64,000 bases of DNA from Squalus acanthias (lineage: Eukaryota), in assembly GCA_030390025.1 (NCBI GenBank), contig CM059432.1, positions 77,626,001 to 77,690,000 on the forward strand, in the 5' to 3' direction. Every line of letters starts with the position of its first letter. The first letter of the stretch is position 1. Below, piece after piece: positions 61,334 through 64,000 of the stretch. The notes beneath the pieces are model-generated. The model searched no databases and had not been told where the DNA came from. It worked only from the letters and a program-made list of their open reading frames with translations. A program made the translations under genes and the position numbers.

Positions 61334-64000
61334 GGGCTCGATTTTGCCAGGCCCAAGGAGGTGGGATTGGAGGCGTGTGAGTTGTTAAAATCAACAAAAA
61401 TGGCGGGCGGGCCCGATCCCACCTCCTACCCGCCTCCGAGCAATTTTCCCAAATGCGTGTTTTCTGACCCCCTTTCCATCCCGCCTCCAAGAGGATAGGC
61501 ACTTAACAACTACTTAATTGCCTCTATAATCCTATTTTAAGAGGCCTTTCTGATTTTTAGACATTTCCCCATCCTACACGCCTCCTCTGGAACACGCCAG
61601 GTAATCCTGGCGGCCTCACAAGTGGATTGCTTAGTAACAGCTGCAGCTCCACCATTACAAAGGAGTTTTCACCAATGATCATTTGCAGGTGGCAGAACTT
61701 TGTTGTCTCAGGTCTGGGGGAACTTTTAGCAGGCCTACTCATTGTTGTGGAAGTTTGGAGCCTGACACCCATCTCCAGTGTGACCTCCTGGGAATCCCCT
61801 CTCCCAACCTTGACTAAGCGCTTCCTCAACTGAGGCATATACCAGAAGCATGGCGACCATTTAATTCCTTTCCTCCTGGACATCAGATTCGGACGCAGAC
61901 CAGCCGCGGCAGCAGCAGAACCATGAGCAACAGCAGCACCAACAGCAGGAGCATCAACAGGAGCGCCAAGCTGCTAGTCACCCACCTGAAGATGCACAGG
62001 ACAGAAGGCGCCAACGCGCGACAACATTGCTGCCCGGGATGCAAGGGACGCACTCATCCTGGCCAGATTTGCTTAGCCTGCACAATCAAACACTTTAGTC
62101 TCGCTCCTTCTTACCAGAACATCGACAATGGACAAGAACCTGCGGAATCCTATCACTCTGACCACCATTCTGACAATCACAAGGCGCCCTAAGCCCTCAA
62201 TGTGAAAGTCCCATTCGCGAAATCACACAGGCCACAACTTCAACAGTTTGCCATCAAAACACTTGATAATACAATCACAATGATGGCTGGTCCAAAAACA
62301 AAACAACACAGCACCCAAATGACTACACTTGTGACTACTTGTGCTTTATCTTCCTCTTAAGCGTGCTCCTACGTGGTGCTTCCCCTGTGGCTTCAGCAGA
62401 TGTGGAGGCCCCTTGCTCACTCTCTTGCTGCTCCTGTCTCGACGCCTTTGGCGGGTGTCCTCTGGGGTGGTGAATCTGTGCGGGCTCGCCAACAGTCTGC
62501 TGCTCCTGCGGCTGTGATGCCCATCTCAGTTGAGTGAGGACTCTGGTGGGGCTCTGACCGAGGGCTTTGCTGTGGCATGGTCGTGTGAGCACTTGGAGAG
62601 GAGCCCCCACTTCCTTGTTGTCTGCCACCAACATCCCACTCATGGGTCAGCCCCACTTCAGAGCTAGCAAGTGGCTTGACAGCACCTTGCTGCACTGCAG
62701 GGGGTCCATGAGGACCCGTTTCTGCACTGGAAGTCCTACTCCAGAGGACTTGCATGAAGGTCTGGTTTGTTTGCTCAATAGCTGACCATTGCTCCTCAAG
62801 AGATGTCATTCTATTCTGAACAATCACCATGTTTTCAATACCCTGGCGACTAAGCTCCTCCATGGACGTAGCCATCCTCTCCTCTACCGTAGCCATCCTC
62901 TCCTCTACCGTAGCCGGAGGTAGTCATCCTTTCCGCGGTGATGCGTTCATGCGCCAATGCCTCCACAAAGGCTCTGCTCATGTTCGCGATGGACTCCTCC
63001 ATTCGCTCCACACTCACAGCGACCCTGGAGACAAAACCTGCCAGAGACTCCTGCACCTGTTCTTGGAGTTCCAGCACCACTCTCCTTCTGGATGGACCCG
63101 AAGGCACAGGGTCGACATGCAGCGGAGCCGAGCTGGCAGAGTCCTGCACCCTCCGACGAGGACTCTCCACTGCTGTCCCTGTCTCCACCATCTGCTGATC
63201 CTCACTTGTGAGCTGTGATACACCAGGTGACAACACTACTCTATCTCCCGAAGGTCCCACCGAGGTGTGAGTGTCTGCGCTGGTGCTGGGTGTGCTGAAT
63301 TCTGCTGACGCTGCGCCCTCAGAGGTTGCAGCTTCCTCTGAGGAGTCTGGAGGCTCAGGCTGTTCCTCCTGGATAGTGGGGACGGGGGCTTTCGATGGTC
63401 CTGTGGGGGAGTAAAGGAAAGAGTTAGAGATGTGAGGCCAAGGTTACATGCACATTGAATATTGCAGATGATCATAAGTCAATCTGTTAGAGCATCAGAA
63501 TCATTATCAGTGACTCATGCTGTGTCAATGAGAGAGATTCCAAACTATTCTGTCACCAGCTTGCTGTGATACGCCCGTCTGTCTGTCCCCCACTTGGGTA
63601 TCCTCCTCGATCTCAGCAATTTCCAGGGCCGCCTCCTCCCAGAAGGTGAGCTGGGCTACTGAGGGTGGCCCTCCTCCTGTCATGGCTCTTTCCCTCTTAT
63701 TGTGGGCTCTCTTTTCCTGCAATGAGGGACACAAGTGGAGTTTGAGTGAGAATGAAGGAGTGCAGAGAATCCATAGCATAGATGCTTAGAAGGATACAAA
63801 GGACCCTCCCTGTGTGCTGTAAGTTGTTGTTGTCATGGCATCACAGTGATAGGGAGTGTGAGGGCTGCATGGTCAAATAGTTAAGTGAATGTGACCATAG
63901 AGAGAGAGGGAATGGGTAAGGGTGCAAGGATGGAAGTGTCAAGTGGGATGTGGAGGAAGAGGTTGGCAAAGCAGAGTGCTGGTGAGGAGAGGCGATGGGG
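61334..64000. mobile_element. Harbinger derivative of another family, running off the window end
   Basis: TTA followed by TIR GGGCTCGATTTTG; subterminal region related to the 3628-type MITE. Confidence 0.8.
62335..63716 (-). pseudogene. Harbinger Myb/SANT-like gene, exons 2-3 (63716-63557, 63400-62335)
   Basis: EKRAHNKRERAMTGGGPP motif; canonical AG/GT sites; frameshifts, one next to a 21-bp duplication at ~62867-62915. Confidence 0.75.

Overview
Eukaryotic, repeat-dense DNA, most likely from a cartilaginous fish (shark). The HE1-type V-SINE, Deu-domain SINEs, CR1/L2 LINEs and Penelope pLTRs seen here are typical of chondrichthyans. I found no intact host gene. Most of the window is transposon-derived and deeply nested: CR1 and L2 LINEs, a LINE family with a tRNA-like head plus a bipartite deletion derivative, Penelope-like elements carrying GIY-YIG remnants and minimal hammerhead ribozymes, many PIF/Harbinger-type MITEs (3-bp TSDs), Harbinger derivatives that keep a 3-exon Myb/SANT gene but have lost the transposase, and one hAT MITE. 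The unique AT-rich islands between repeats repeatedly show minus-strand, stop-poor reading frames bounded by splice signals, which suggests an unidentified decayed multi-exon gene spanning the window (inference). Other notable items are a MITE containing an inverted copy of nearby flanking DNA, an inverted MITE pair inserted in a CR1 microsatellite tail, and a pre-miRNA-sized hairpin. Coordinates were read by eye, so boundaries of old fragments are approximate.
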